Virus record (IMG/VR): IMGVR_UViG_2061766007_001087
Reading direction: 5' to 3' (one strand)
DNA length: 46,465 nucleotides
DNA from: an uncultured virus (IMG/VR IMGVR_UViG_2061766007_001087)
Taxonomy: Duplodnaviria; Heunggongvirae; Uroviricota; Caudoviricetes; Schitoviridae
Shown: in pieces, positions 16,381 through 26,425 of the stretch
Position numbering within the stretch: the first letter of the stretch is position 1
How the letters are laid out: each line of letters begins with the position of its first letter
The notes under the pieces: model-generated
Databases searched by the model: none
What the model was told of the DNA's origin: nothing
What the model saw: only the letters and a program-made list of their open reading frames with translations
Translations under genes and position numbers: made by a program

Positions 16381-16439
16381 NNNNNNNNNNNNNNNNNNNN
16401 NNNNTGTTCTCTATACTATTTTTTTTTCAAGGATTAACT

Positions 16440-17291
16440 ATGATAAATGTACAATTAATTGCAGATAATATATCAGCAGGCGGAGACCGTATTTCTACGT
16501 TTGTTTTAGAATACCCAAGGTATATCCATAGCGAATTGAAAACTCACAGGGTATTCAGTACAAATTCAGCATCCAGCAGAGCAATTCCTCTGGATATAAT
16601 GATAGAATTGGTAAAAGCAAATACGGTATATCCACAGTGGACTCTTAATCAATCTGGTATGCAGGGAATTCCAGTAACCAATGAGATAACTCAGAAGCAG
16701 GCTAATGCAATATGGGATAATGCCAGAGATGCAGCAATCAAATATGTAAGAGAACTACAGAAACTAGGTATACACAAGCAGAATGCCAATAGATTACTAG
16801 AACCATTTCAGCATATTAAAACAATAGTAACCGGTACTGAGTTCAGTAATTTCTTTCGATTACGTATCTCAGAAGAGGCTCAACCAGAAATCAAAGAACT
16901 CGCTGAGAAAATGAAGAAAGCACTGGATAAAAGTGAACCAAGATTACTAGGAGAGTATGAAGTACATTGTCCATTTGCTAAAGATGGAGTTGCTGAATAT
17001 AACGATATGAAAACTATCTTTAGGTCAGTAGCATTATGTGCTCAGGTATCTTATAGAAAAGAGAACTCAGATGAACAGGTAGTTCGTAGAGTAATTAATA
17101 GATTACTTAATAGTAAAAATCTACATGCATCTCCATTTGAGCATATTGCACTTCCTGCTAATGGAAAACATCTGGGTAATTTGACTGGTTTCCACCAGTT
17201 AAGACACAAAATCGAATATTTGAAATATCACACATTCGTTGATATGTCTTACGATAAATTGATAGATAGGTCTATATCTATCTGGAGTTAA
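16440..17291 (+). CDS. thyX: FAD-dependent thymidylate synthase
   Basis: MINVQLIADNIS...YPRYIHSELKTHRVFSTNSASSRAIP, HKQNANRLLEPF, NFFRLR...AQPEI and HASPFEH, typical of phage Thy1/ThyX. The ORF track fuses it to RNAP2 across Ns. Confidence 0.88.
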   Translation: MINVQLIADNISAGGDRISTFVLEYPRYIHSELKTHRVFSTNSASSRAIPLDIMIELVKANTVYPQWTLNQSGMQGIPVTNEITQKQANAIWDNARDAAIKYVRELQKLGIHKQNANRLLEPFQHIKTIVTGTEFSNFFRLRISEEAQPEIKELAEKMKKALDKSEPRLLGEYEVHCPFAKDGVAEYNDMKTIFRSVALCAQVSYRKENSDEQVVRRVINRLLNSKNLHASPFEHIALPANGKHLGNLTGFHQLRHKIEYLKYHTFVDMSYDKLIDRSISIWS

Positions 17292-17808
17292 ATTGTTTCT
17301 TAGCCAAAGTGTGTAGTCTGTGTATACAGGCTTATTTTTTGAGNNNNNNNNNNNNNNNNNNNNNNNNNNNNNNNNCATACAAATTAGGAGATTCTGGTTA
17401 TATAAGAAATCCAGAAACAGATGAACAAGAAGATATATATGCTGTATCTGTTGTTGGTTCTAAACTAACGATAGAACTTCCTAATATACAGAAATATATA
17501 GATGCATTAAATGAGGCTCGAGAGNNNNNNNNNNNNNNNNNNNNNNNNNNNNNNNNNNNNNNNNNNNNNNNNNNNNNNNNNNNNNNNNNNNNNNNNNNNN
17601 NNNNNNNNNNNNNNNNNNNNNNNNNNNNNNNNNNNNNNNNNNNNNNNNNNNNNNNNNNNNNNNNNNNNNNNNNNNNNNNNNNNNNNNNNNNNNNNNNNNN
17701 NNNNNNNNNNNNNNNNNNNNNNNNNNNNNNNNNNNNNNNNNNNNNNNNNNNNNNNNNNNNNNNNNNNNNNNNNNNNNNNNNNNNNNATTTAGAGGAGTTA
17801 TTAGAAAA

Positions 17809-18057
17809 ATGATATATAAGGAATTCCTAAATAATAGAACATATCCAATAGTTACATACTGTGCAGTGAAATCTAATAGTATTAAACTGGCTGATTGCAA
17901 TGATAGAAAAGAAGAAGAACTAGGTGATATGAAGGTACTTGCTATNNNNNNNNNNNNNNNNNNNNNNNNNNNNNNNNNNNNNNNAGTAGTAGTACTTGGT
18001 GAACCACTGGAAAATACAGATGAAGAAGTAGCTAGATACTTTAAGGATTTAAAATGA
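17809..18057 (+). CDS. Hypothetical protein
   Basis: 82 aa, GAGGAG SD, ATGA overlaps. Confidence 0.6.
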   Translation: MIYKEFLNNRTYPIVTYCAVKSNSIKLADCNDRKEEELGDMKVLAXXXXXXXXXXXXXXVVVLGEPLENTDEEVARYFKDLK

Positions 18058-18299
18058 AACTTAGCTCTAGAATAACTGAAGGACCATTAGATTGTTTTGA
18101 TACTGAAATTGCTGAACAGTTTATTGGTAAAACAGTTTACTGTACTAATATTGCCAGTTATTTAGTTGATTTAAAACATTGTAAAAAAGGTAAGTTCTTG
18201 AGTATTGATGAAGACAGTGAATATGCTTATGAAGTANNNNNNNNNNNNNNNTTGTACCTGTATATAATCCCAGAAGAATGGGTTAAGGAAGAAAAATGA
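18054..18299 (+). CDS. Hypothetical protein (paralog of 19777..20237)
   Basis: PLDCFDTEIAEQFIGK motif; coupled ORF. Confidence 0.65.
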   Translation: MKLSSRITEGPLDCFDTEIAEQFIGKTVYCTNIASYLVDLKHCKKGKFLSIDEDSEYAYEVXXXXXLYLYIIPEEWVKEEK

Positions 18300-18532
18300 G
18301 TAGTTGGCAAGAAGTAGCAGCAAAACATATTACAGACGAATGTGATACTTTATATCATAAAGATTTATGTATAGCCGAAATAGATGATTTAATGGAAAAG
18401 GCTGATTACTCAGAAGATAGAGAAGAGTTTATTAGCTGGGTTAGAGATAATGCAATAGAGCATAAACCAGGTAGGTCATTATTGTTTGACCTACTGTATA
18501 GAGATTTTATTTATTTAAAGCATAAAGGATAA
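18296..18532 (+). CDS. Hypothetical protein
   Basis: 78 aa, coupled ORF. Confidence 0.6.
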   Translation: MSSWQEVAAKHITDECDTLYHKDLCIAEIDDLMEKADYSEDREEFISWVRDNAIEHKPGRSLLFDLLYRDFIYLKHKG

Positions 18533-18687
18533 ATTAAANNNNNNNNNNNNNNNNNNNNNNNNNNNNNNNNNNNNNNNNNNNNNNNNNNNNNNNNNNNNNN
18601 NNNNNNNNNNNNNNNNTAGCACATGGTTACAAGGTTATCTTAAATGTGCTAAAGATTTAAAACTGGAAATTGAAGAGGAGTTAGAAA

Positions 18688-19212
18688 ATGAGTGACAATA
18701 TAAATAAACCAGAGCATTACACATATGGTAAGTTCGAATGTGTTGATGTAATACATGAACTTACTCAGGATCTGGCAGGTATACAGGCATTCTGCCTTGG
18801 TAATACAATCAAGTATTTGTGGAGATTTCAGCACAAGAACGGAGTAGAAGATTTAAAGAAAGCCAAATGGTATCTGGATAGATTAATCAAGGAATTTGAT
18901 ACAGATGTATTTGTTGACGTAAAGTTATATGATACTAATTTAAAAGGGCATTATATATATAACCCAAATCATGAGTACTTAGGAGATGCTACTAATCCTA
19001 AGAAGTGTGTAGATACTTCTAAGCCTAATCCATCATATGTTAATAGGCATAATCCTAGACCAGTGTATCAGTTAGATTCAGGTATGAATATAATAAAGCA
19101 TTATCCTTCTATTCATGCTGCTTCAAAAGCAATTAATAATAGAGGAGTAGGATATGCTGTAAGACATGGTACTAGGTGCAATGGTTATTACTGGAGATAT
19201 GCAGATGAGTGA
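18688..19212 (+). CDS. DUF3310-family protein fused to a NUMOD1-like domain
   Basis: N-terminal DNINKPEHYT.GKFECVDVI...FCLGNTIKYLWR..HKNG.EDLKKAKWYL; C-terminal RPVYQLD..NIIKHYPSIHAASKA...GYYWRY. Confidence 0.8.
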   Translation: MSDNINKPEHYTYGKFECVDVIHELTQDLAGIQAFCLGNTIKYLWRFQHKNGVEDLKKAKWYLDRLIKEFDTDVFVDVKLYDTNLKGHYIYNPNHEYLGDATNPKKCVDTSKPNPSYVNRHNPRPVYQLDSGMNIIKHYPSIHAASKAINNRGVGYAVRHGTRCNGYYWRYADE

Positions 19213-19411
19213 TGCATTATCTGATTTTATAGTAGCAGTTATTACATTTGCAGTAGGTTTAGTGATTGGTTATACATGCTTTAGAGAACCAGCAGAAGCA
19301 CATGAGTATAAACCTGTTACTACACAGATATCCCAATATACAATTAAGTGTACTAAATTTAAAGATAATGTATGTGAAGAGTACACATTGTTTAAAACAA
19401 TTAAAGAATAA
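19205..19411 (+). CDS. Small membrane-anchored protein
   Basis: MSDALSDFIVAVITFAVGLVIGY..., GGAG SD. Confidence 0.6.
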   Translation: MSDALSDFIVAVITFAVGLVIGYTCFREPAEAHEYKPVTTQISQYTIKCTKFKDNVCEEYTLFKTIKE

Positions 19412-19600
19412 ATGACCCGATTCTGTATATATGTATTTAGATGGATAGTAAGCGGAGCAGTAATGTATCCGCTTATGCAGTTTTTGGCACCTTATATTGA
19501 TTTATGGCTCAATCTCCTGCTGGGTCAGATATTTGGTGCCTGCATATTTTACTGGATAGATAANNNNNNNNNNNNNNNNNNNNNNNNNNNNNNNNNNNNN
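19412..19600 (+). CDS. Small membrane protein (end in N-run)
   Basis: Two hydrophobic segments: YVFRWIVSGAVMYP and NLLLGQIFGACIFYWID. Confidence 0.55.
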
Positions 19601-19776
19601 NNNNNNNNNNNNNNNAATTGGTTATTTCCTGGCTAGTACAATTTCGAGCAAATTTTGAAGATGCTGAAATAGATAGAGTTATTAGTTTTTTCAGAGGATA
19701 TTTATCTCGTGCAAAATTTGAAGAGTGTAAAACTACAGAACTTTCATGGCATATTGAAGAAACCAAGGAGTAAGAA

Positions 19777-20237
19777 ATGAATTTAGATATTAGGATTAAA
19801 TCAATATCAGATATTTTTACTTGCACTAATATGGAAGAAGCAAAGCAATTTATAGGTAAAAGAGGNNNNNNNNNNNNNNNNNNNNNNGAGAGTTATATAA
19901 CTTAGACCGTATTGATGATGATGAGATTCCATTTGCAACAGATAATGTACATTGGAGATATTTTCTACCTGTAGATAATCTTAAACCAGCAGAGAAGAAA
20001 TACAGACCTTTTGTCGATACAAAGGAGTTTTTTATAAAGACGAATTTTGAAGTGGGTGACTTAATTCATATACGTTCTAAACTCAACAATTATGAATATC
20101 ACCTCCTTTTTATAGGATGGACAGATGAAGGATTAATGTTAGGCAACTTTAGCGAAATGACTTTTGATGAACTGCTTGACAAGTTTGAATTGTGGGACGG
20201 GGAAGAAAAGTTTATACCGTTTGGAGTGGAAGAATGA
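19777..20237 (+). CDS. Hypothetical protein (paralog of 18054..18299)
   Basis: AAGGAG SD; MNLDIRIKSISDIFTCTNMEEAKQFIGKRG... joins across Ns to EKKYRPF...FIPFGVEE*. Confidence 0.65.
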
Positions 20238-20563
20238 CTTTTGAAGAAAAGAAAGAAATCGTATTAAAAAATTGGTATAAAACGGACTGTAAAAATCCAG
20301 AGGGTACTACCGTTAAGGAAGCGTATTCTTTAGGTTTTAATAGAGCATGCCATCTTTTAAGAAAAGAGACTAAAACCAATAATTTAGATACTAAAATTAA
20401 AACATTAGAAGGTCAAAAATTCGTTGCTGATACAATTTCCCTTCCATTATCTAAGGAAGAATTGAAATTACTTATCACCGGGTTGTCCTATGTTCCTACA
20501 AATGATCAGGTTGTCAACCTATACCAAAAATTAACGAAAAAACTTGAACTTCTGGAGAACTAA
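20234..20563 (+). CDS. Hypothetical protein
   Basis: MTFEEKKE..., ATGA overlap, GGAG SD. Confidence 0.6.
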   Translation: MTFEEKKEIVLKNWYKTDCKNPEGTTVKEAYSLGFNRACHLLRKETKTNNLDTKIKTLEGQKFVADTISLPLSKEELKLLITGLSYVPTNDQVVNLYQKLTKKLELLEN

Positions 20564-20567
20564 AAGA

Positions 20568-20759
20568 ATGCTGATTGATGATCTTATTGAAAAGTTGTAT
20601 GAACTTAAAAAAGAATACGGAAATCTGGAGGTTATCTTATGGACTCAGAAAGATGCGTGGTCTTATGATATGCATAAGATTGATATGACCTATCATGATA
20701 ATGCTGATAACTTAATTGTTATACAGGGTAAAGAAAAGAAGACTGAAGATCAAGAATGA
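20568..20759 (+). CDS. Hypothetical protein
   Basis: MLIDDLIEKLYELKKEYGNLEV..., GGAG SD. Confidence 0.6.
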   Translation: MLIDDLIEKLYELKKEYGNLEVILWTQKDAWSYDMHKIDMTYHDNADNLIVIQGKEKKTEDQE

Positions 20760-20814
20760 ATAGACTAAAGTCTACTTAAAGTCTATTCAAAGGCTACTAC
20801 AATGGGGATTAAAA

Positions 20815-21006
20815 ATGAAACTATATGAACTAATGCAGAAACTGGATGCTATGCAACAAGTAATAATTAAAGATAGGAATGAACCAGATAATATATATTC
20901 TGGTCCTTTATTTGAAGCCAGTGGTAGTTGGATATTTCAAGATATGGAAGTAACCAGTGTATATACCAAAGGTTCATATTTAGTTATAGAGGTAGAGAGA
21001 TATTAA
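20815..21006 (+). CDS. Hypothetical protein
   Basis: 63-aa ORF. Confidence 0.6.
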   Translation: MKLYELMQKLDAMQQVIIKDRNEPDNIYSGPLFEASGSWIFQDMEVTSVYTKGSYLVIEVERY

Positions 21007-21469
21007 AGCATTAAAACATGAATCTAATAATACAAAAGTGTTAGAAATATGTTCTAACGCTTTATACACATTAAAAAACTATAAGGAAATGGAATAAAAT
21101 GCCTAAAATAAAATTTAAAAATATAGTAGAGATAATGTCAGAAAAGAGGATATGCGTATATATCTATAATCCTACTAGAGTTTCACCAAAGAATTTTATC
21201 AATGATAAAAGTTTATTTAAGTTATTATTAACTAAATACGACAATTACTATGTAGACCAGTTNNNNNNNNNNNNNNNNNNNNNNNNNNNNNNNNNNNNNN
21301 NNNNNNNNNNNNNNNNNNNNNNNNNNNNNNNNNNNNNNNNNNNNNNNNNNNNNNNNNNNNNNNNNNNNNNNNNATCAGGTAGCAACTCTAACTAATATGA
21401 AATCAGCAGATGATTTAAGGAAGTTAGCTAGCACTATTTATTACTTAGAAGAATTAAAGGAATTAAAAA

Positions 21470-21646
21470 ATGGTAGTAAGAGAAATGGAAAAGTTTCTAA
21501 GCGAAATAAAAGACAAGGAGATGGAGATAGCCCTGGTAGTGAGGGACAAGGATAAGGACTGTATAGTTGCACTCACTGCACTGGAGTATGATAAAAAAAT
21601 AAATGCTATTAAGGTTGTGCCAAGTGATAGAGTTAGTATAAAATAA
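21470..21646 (+). CDS. 58-aa hypothetical protein
   Basis: AAGGA SD; MVVREMEKFLSEIKDKEMEIALVV...; ends 4 nt before tRNA-Gln. Confidence 0.6.
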   Translation: MVVREMEKFLSEIKDKEMEIALVVRDKDKDCIVALTALEYDKKINAIKVVPSDRVSIK

Positions 21647-21650
21647 TTCT

Positions 21651-21725
21651 AGGGGTGTGGTGTAATGGAAGTCACTACAGGTTTTGATCCTGTCAGATAA
21701 GGTTCGAGTCCTTACACCCCTGCCA
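21651..21725 (+). tRNA. tRNA-Gln(UUG)
   Basis: Acceptor AGGGGTG/CACCCCT + GCCA; anticodon arm ACAGG-TTTTGAT-CCTGT; T arm TAAGG-TTCGAGT-CCTTA. Confidence 0.95.
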
Positions 21726-21730
21726 GTTTA

Positions 21731-21806
21731 GTGCATCTATGTAAATAGGTTAAATTCCTATGATGAGCCACGTGCCCACCAGCAGAAGTGCCATAGATGT
21801 ACCCCA
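21731..21806 (+). ncRNA. 76-nt CCA-ended structured RNA between the two tRNAs (not a cloverleaf)
   Basis: 11-bp terminal helix GTGCATCTATG/CATAGATGTAC followed by C-CCA; internal hairpin ATAGG/CCTAT; no T-arm or anticodon arm. Confidence 0.55.
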
Positions 21807-21816
21807 TTTATGTTAT

Positions 21817-21901
21817 GCCCGTATGGTGAAATTAGTAAACACAAGGGACTTAAAATCCCTCGGATAAATCCTTATCAGTGCAAGTCTGATTACGGGCACC
21901 A
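21817..21901 (+). tRNA. tRNA-Leu(UAA)
   Basis: Acceptor GCCCGTA/TACGGGC + ACCA; anticodon arm AGGGA-CTTAAAA-TCCCT; long variable arm; T arm ATCAG-TGCAAGT-CTGAT. Confidence 0.93.
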
Positions 21902-22505
21902 AATCACTATATAAATTGTTTTGTTTTTTGTTTAACTTGCTCTGACATAACAGGTTCAAAAACTAATATGGCTACTAGTNNNNNNNNNNNNNNNNNNNNN
22001 NNNNNNNNNNNNNNNNNNNNNNNNNNNNNNNNTGGAACATAATGTATCTGCTTTATTAGAAAAGAAACATTTTCTAGATACTGAAAGAGAAAAAACCTAC
22101 AAGAATTATTTGAGAATTTTATCTGAATTAGTTAATGTAGAGTTAGATATAGAGAGTATCAGGAAAGGTGAATATAANNNNNNNNNNNNNNNNNNNNNNN
22201 NNNNNNNNNNNNNNNNNNNNNNNNNNNNNNNNNNNNNNNNNNNNNNNNNNNNNNNNNNNNNNNNNNNNNNNNNNNNNNNTTTAATGTTAAAGATTAAGAG
22301 GTTAAACAGACAGGTCACCAGAGAAAAGAATTTAGGTAGACGTACACATTTTTTGAAGTTACTAAATGAATACAGAGACCAGTTAGATTTACTGGTTGAA
22401 GAGNNNNNNNNNNNNNNNNNNNNNNNNNNNNNNNNNNNNNNNNNNNNNNNNNNNNNNNNNNNNNNNNNNNNNNGTTGTTTCCGTTGTTTTTGTCATGGGG
22501 CGTTT

Positions 22506-22529
22506 AGGGGTCGTAAGACCCCTTTTTTT
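22506..22529 (+). terminator. Rho-independent terminator
   Basis: AGGGGTC-GTAA-GACCCCT-TTTTTT. Confidence 0.85.
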
Positions 22530-23159
22530 ATAGGATTTTATATGAAGATACAACTATATAATGCTACTGTATTTAAAGCATTAGAGTATTTACAGACAGG
22601 ACAGTANNNNNNNNNNNNNNNNNNNNNNNNNNNNNNNNNNNNNNNNNNNNNNNNNNNNNNNNNNNNNNNNNNNNNNNNNNNNNNNNNNNNNNNNNNNNNN
22701 NNNNNNNNNNNNNNNNNNNNNNNNNNNNNNNNNNNNNNNNNNNNNNNNNNNNNNNNNNNNNNNNNNNNNNNNNNNNNNNNNNNNNNNNNNNNNNNNNNNN
22801 NNNNNNNNNNNNNNNNNNNNNNNNNNNNNNNNNNNNNNNNNNNNNNNNNNNNNNNNNNNNNNNNNNNNNNNNNNNNNNNNNNNNNNNNNNNNNNNNNNNN
22901 NNNNNNNNNNNNNNNNNNNNNNNNNNNNNNNNNNNNNNNNNNNNNNNNNNNNNNNNNNNNNNNNNNNNNNNNNNNNNNNNNNNNNNNNNNNNNNNNNNNN
23001 NNNNNNNNNNNNNNNNNNNNNNNNNNCCTTAGAAGTAGTAGTAGATAAAGCAATATCTCAAACAAATGATTTACAGGATTTACTGGTTAAACTGGAAGAA
23101 CAATCGTGTACCAGTGAGTTTGATAGAATAGGTTTTGATTTATTAAGTGATAANNNNNN

Positions 23160-24195
23160 NNNNNNNNNNNATTTAGCATGTACTCCTAAAGCAACTAAGG
23201 AAAACTGCATTGCAGTATTAAAAGCAAATAGAGTTCCATTTATTCAAGGTTCTCCTGGTATCTCCAAGTCAGATATTGTTAAAGAAATTGCTAATGAATT
23301 TGGACTTAAACTAATTGATTTAAGACTGTCTCAGATGGAACCATGTGATCTTCTTGGATTCCCATTTGAAGTAGGTGACAGAGCAGACTATAAACCAATG
23401 AAAACATTTCCGTTAGAAACAGATAATGTACCTGAAAATTACAATGGCTGGCTATTGTTCTTTGATGAATTTAACTCGGCTAATAGGGAGGTACAGGCTG
23501 CTTCATATCGTATCATTCTGGATAGAGAAATAGGTAATAAAAAGATACATCCTTCCTGCTTTATGGTATGTGCTGGTAATAAGAGCAGTGATAAAGCAAT
23601 AGTAAATAAGTTATCTAGTGCTCTTCAGTCAAGACTGGTACATCTGTTTATGCAACCTAATACAGATGATTGGATTGAATGGGCTATTACTCATAATATA
23701 GATGCAAGAATAATTGCATATCTGTCTAGTAAGCCAGGTAATATATCTACCTTTAATCCAGACTCTACAGATGTTACTTATGCTTGTCCTAGAACATGGC
23801 ATATGCTCTCAGACATCATTAAGGAGACACCAGAGTTAAAGGGTAAGCATCCGTTGATAGCAGGTGTAGTAGGTAAAGGTGTAGCAGTTGAATTTGCTGC
23901 CTTTTGTGACCTTGGTACTGACTTACCTTCTATTGCAGATATTATTGCTAATCCACAGCGTACCAAGATACCAGATAAGTTAAATGCTATGTATTATCTT
24001 ATCTCCAGTATTGCTACTAACTTAGATAAGACTAACTGTACCCCACTTCTGGAATACTGTGACCGCATTACTCGTAAAGAGATGTTGGTATTATTATTTA
24101 GAATTGCCTCTAACGGACCACATGGAAAGGAGTTACTAGATGAATCAGAATTTACAACCAGAGCAATTAAATTTGTTAAAGATTTTGGAGCCTGA
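23160..24195 (+). CDS. MoxR-like AAA+ ATPase (N4 gp24-like); start in N-run
   Basis: Frame extends upstream of the track ORF: VPFIQGSPGISKSDIV (Walker A), LIDLRLSQMEPCDLLGFP, Walker B LLFFDEFNSA, ALQSRLVH, CPRTW. Confidence 0.9.
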
Positions 24196-25200
24196 GTTAA
24201 ACGACCTGTGCGTTAAGTTTGCTATTAAGGGAGGTGCTTTTTTAAGCACCATTTTTTATTCTGTACAAAAGAGTTTTTCATATGATCTTCCATGTGCTGG
24301 TACTAATGGAAGAGTAATTCTGTTTAATCCTAATTTCTTTGCAGAATTAAATAAAGAAGAAAGATTATTTGTTATAGCCCATGAAGTATTGCATATAGCC
24401 TTTCTCCATTTTGTCAGACAAGGTAACAGAGACCAGAGAATCTGGAATATGGCAGGNNNNNNNNNNNNNNNNNNNNNNNNNNNNNNNNNNNNNNNNNNNN
24501 NNNNNNNNNNNNNNNATTGTGATTATAGGGATATGACTACTGAAGAAGTATATGATGCATTAATACAGAAAGACCCAGAAGAACTGAACCAGATAATGCT
24601 AAATGCTAAATTTGGTATGAAAGATATTATGGAAGATTCTATGACAGATGCATCTGGAGAGTCTCACCCTGCAGCAAGTAAAGATGAGGTTACTACTGTT
24701 CTGGTTCAGGCAGAGCAGGTAGCCCAAATGCAGGGTGCAGGTAACTTTTCTAATACTATATCTAAGTTATTGGAGGCTATTAAGACTGTACAGATAGACT
24801 GGTACACATTGTTAATTGATTATGTAAGTAAGAGGATAAAAGATAGTTATTCTTTTACCAAGAGGAATAGGAGGTATAGTCATATGTACTTACCTTCTAT
24901 GAATAGTCTGGGTATGGGTACTATTGCAGTATATATGGACGNNNNNNNNNNNNNNNNNNNNNNNNNNNNNNNNNNNNNNNNNNNNNNNNNNNNNNNNNNN
25001 NNNNNNNNNNNNNNNNNNNNNNNNNNNNNNNNNNNNNNNNNNNNNNCCAATTAATTTAGATTTTGACATATATGGTGGCACTGACATAAACCCATGTCTA
25101 AAGGATATGAATGAACAGAAGTACGATATTTCTATCGTTTTTTCAGATGGTTATTTCNNNNNNNNNNNNNNNNNNNNNNNNNNNNNNNNNNNNNNNNNNN
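24140..25200 (+). CDS. Metallopeptidase-like/vWA domain protein (N4 gp25-like)
   Basis: AGTNG, AHEVLH (HExxH), WNMA, YLPS, IAVYMD, GGTD and FSDGY. Usual partner of the AAA ATPase. End lies in an N-run. Confidence 0.88.
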
Positions 25201-25209
25201 NNNNNNNNN

Positions 25210-26425
25210 NNNNNNNNNNNNNNNNNNNNNNNNNNNNNNNNNNNNNNNNNNNNNNNNNNNNNNNNNNTTTCCAGTAAATCAGAGATTATTCTTACTGGTA
25301 CTCCAGGTACTGGTAAGACCTTCTTTCTGGCAGAGTTCTTAAAATCCTGCTCAGAGGATATTAAATCTTTAAGAGAGATAGGTCTTAATGTAAAGATTAA
25401 TTCTTTGATTTGTACTGCTACTACTAATAAAGCCAGTAATCTCTTAAGAAAGGCTAAAACTATTTATACACTTCTTGGTTTAAAACCAGTAATTGATAAG
25501 ACTACTGGTATGACCTATCTGGAGAAGTGGCAGAATGTAGATAGAAAGGATACTCTTTATATCATAGATGAAGCCAGTATGATTAGCAGTGACTTGTATA
25601 AATATATCCAGGAAGAAATAAAGAAAGGTAATAAGTTTATGTATGTAGGAGATATTAATCAGTTACCACCGGTAAATGATAATAACTTCTCTGTATTTAA
25701 TTTACCGAATCTGGAAGTACTGGAGTTNNNNNNNNNNNNNNNNNNNNNCTCTGCTGATTTACAGGGTCTTATTATTGATATAAGAGATAATATGAAATGT
25801 CCTAATGCTGTTATTAGTCTGTTAAATAATTTAAAGGATTCTGAGCATATTCATATATTGAAAGGTGAGGAAGATGTAAAACAGGTATTAGAGAATTTTA
25901 CTAATTATGATAAGTGCATAGCATATACCAATAAGAGAGTAAATAAGATTAATGGATATATGAGAGCACTTAGGAAAATGCCAAAGAACATTAGTTCAGG
26001 TGACCTGGTAGTAAGCAAGTCTTCTGTATGTAACACAGATAATGGTTTTAGACTGTGCTGTGAAGATGTACTTACTGTTAAGTATATAAAGCAGGATAGT
26101 CGTAATCCAGGTGCATATCTTATTTCATTTTTGAATGTTCCAGGAGAGTTCCACGGGTTTAATGATGTATATAAGTATGATACAGAATGTAAGAGAATTT
26201 ATGCAGAATGTAAAANNNNNNNNNNCTAATTTTAGTGATATGTATCTGAAATTGAAGTTCTCCTATGCAAGTACTGTACACAGTGCTCAGGGGAGTACCT
26301 ATAATAAGGTATTTGTAGATTTAACAGATATTAACTCCTGCAATGATATAGAGACATTTATCAGATTGATTTATGTTGCTATAAGCAGAGCCAAAGATGA
26401 GGTGTATATTTATTATGGAGACTAG
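25210..26425 (+). CDS. Dda/RecD-like SF1 DNA helicase (start in N-run)
   Basis: GTPGTGKT, TATTNKA, IIDEASMI, VGDINQLPPV, YASTVHSAQGST, YVAISRA. Confidence 0.92.

Noticed and set aside
16122..17291. RNAP2-ThyX fusion suggested by the 389-aa track ORF
   Set aside because: The junction is an N-run followed by a T-tract and a separate AAGGA SD with ATG at 16440.
19905..19940. Fourth SSB-tip mimic (DRIDDDEIPF)
   Set aside because: The motif is internal and followed by ATDNVHW...; SSB-tip function needs a free C-terminal Phe.
21726..21806. Hammerhead or theta/HDV-like ribozyme after tRNA-Gln
   Set aside because: It has AUGAUGAG and GAAG rather than CUGANGA and GAAA, and I could not build the HDV nested double pseudoknot.
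21651..21901. Suppressor tRNA or stop-codon recoding
   Set aside because: Anticodons are UUG (Gln) and UAA (Leu, reads UUA). Long genes are open under the standard code and end in TAA, TAG or TGA.
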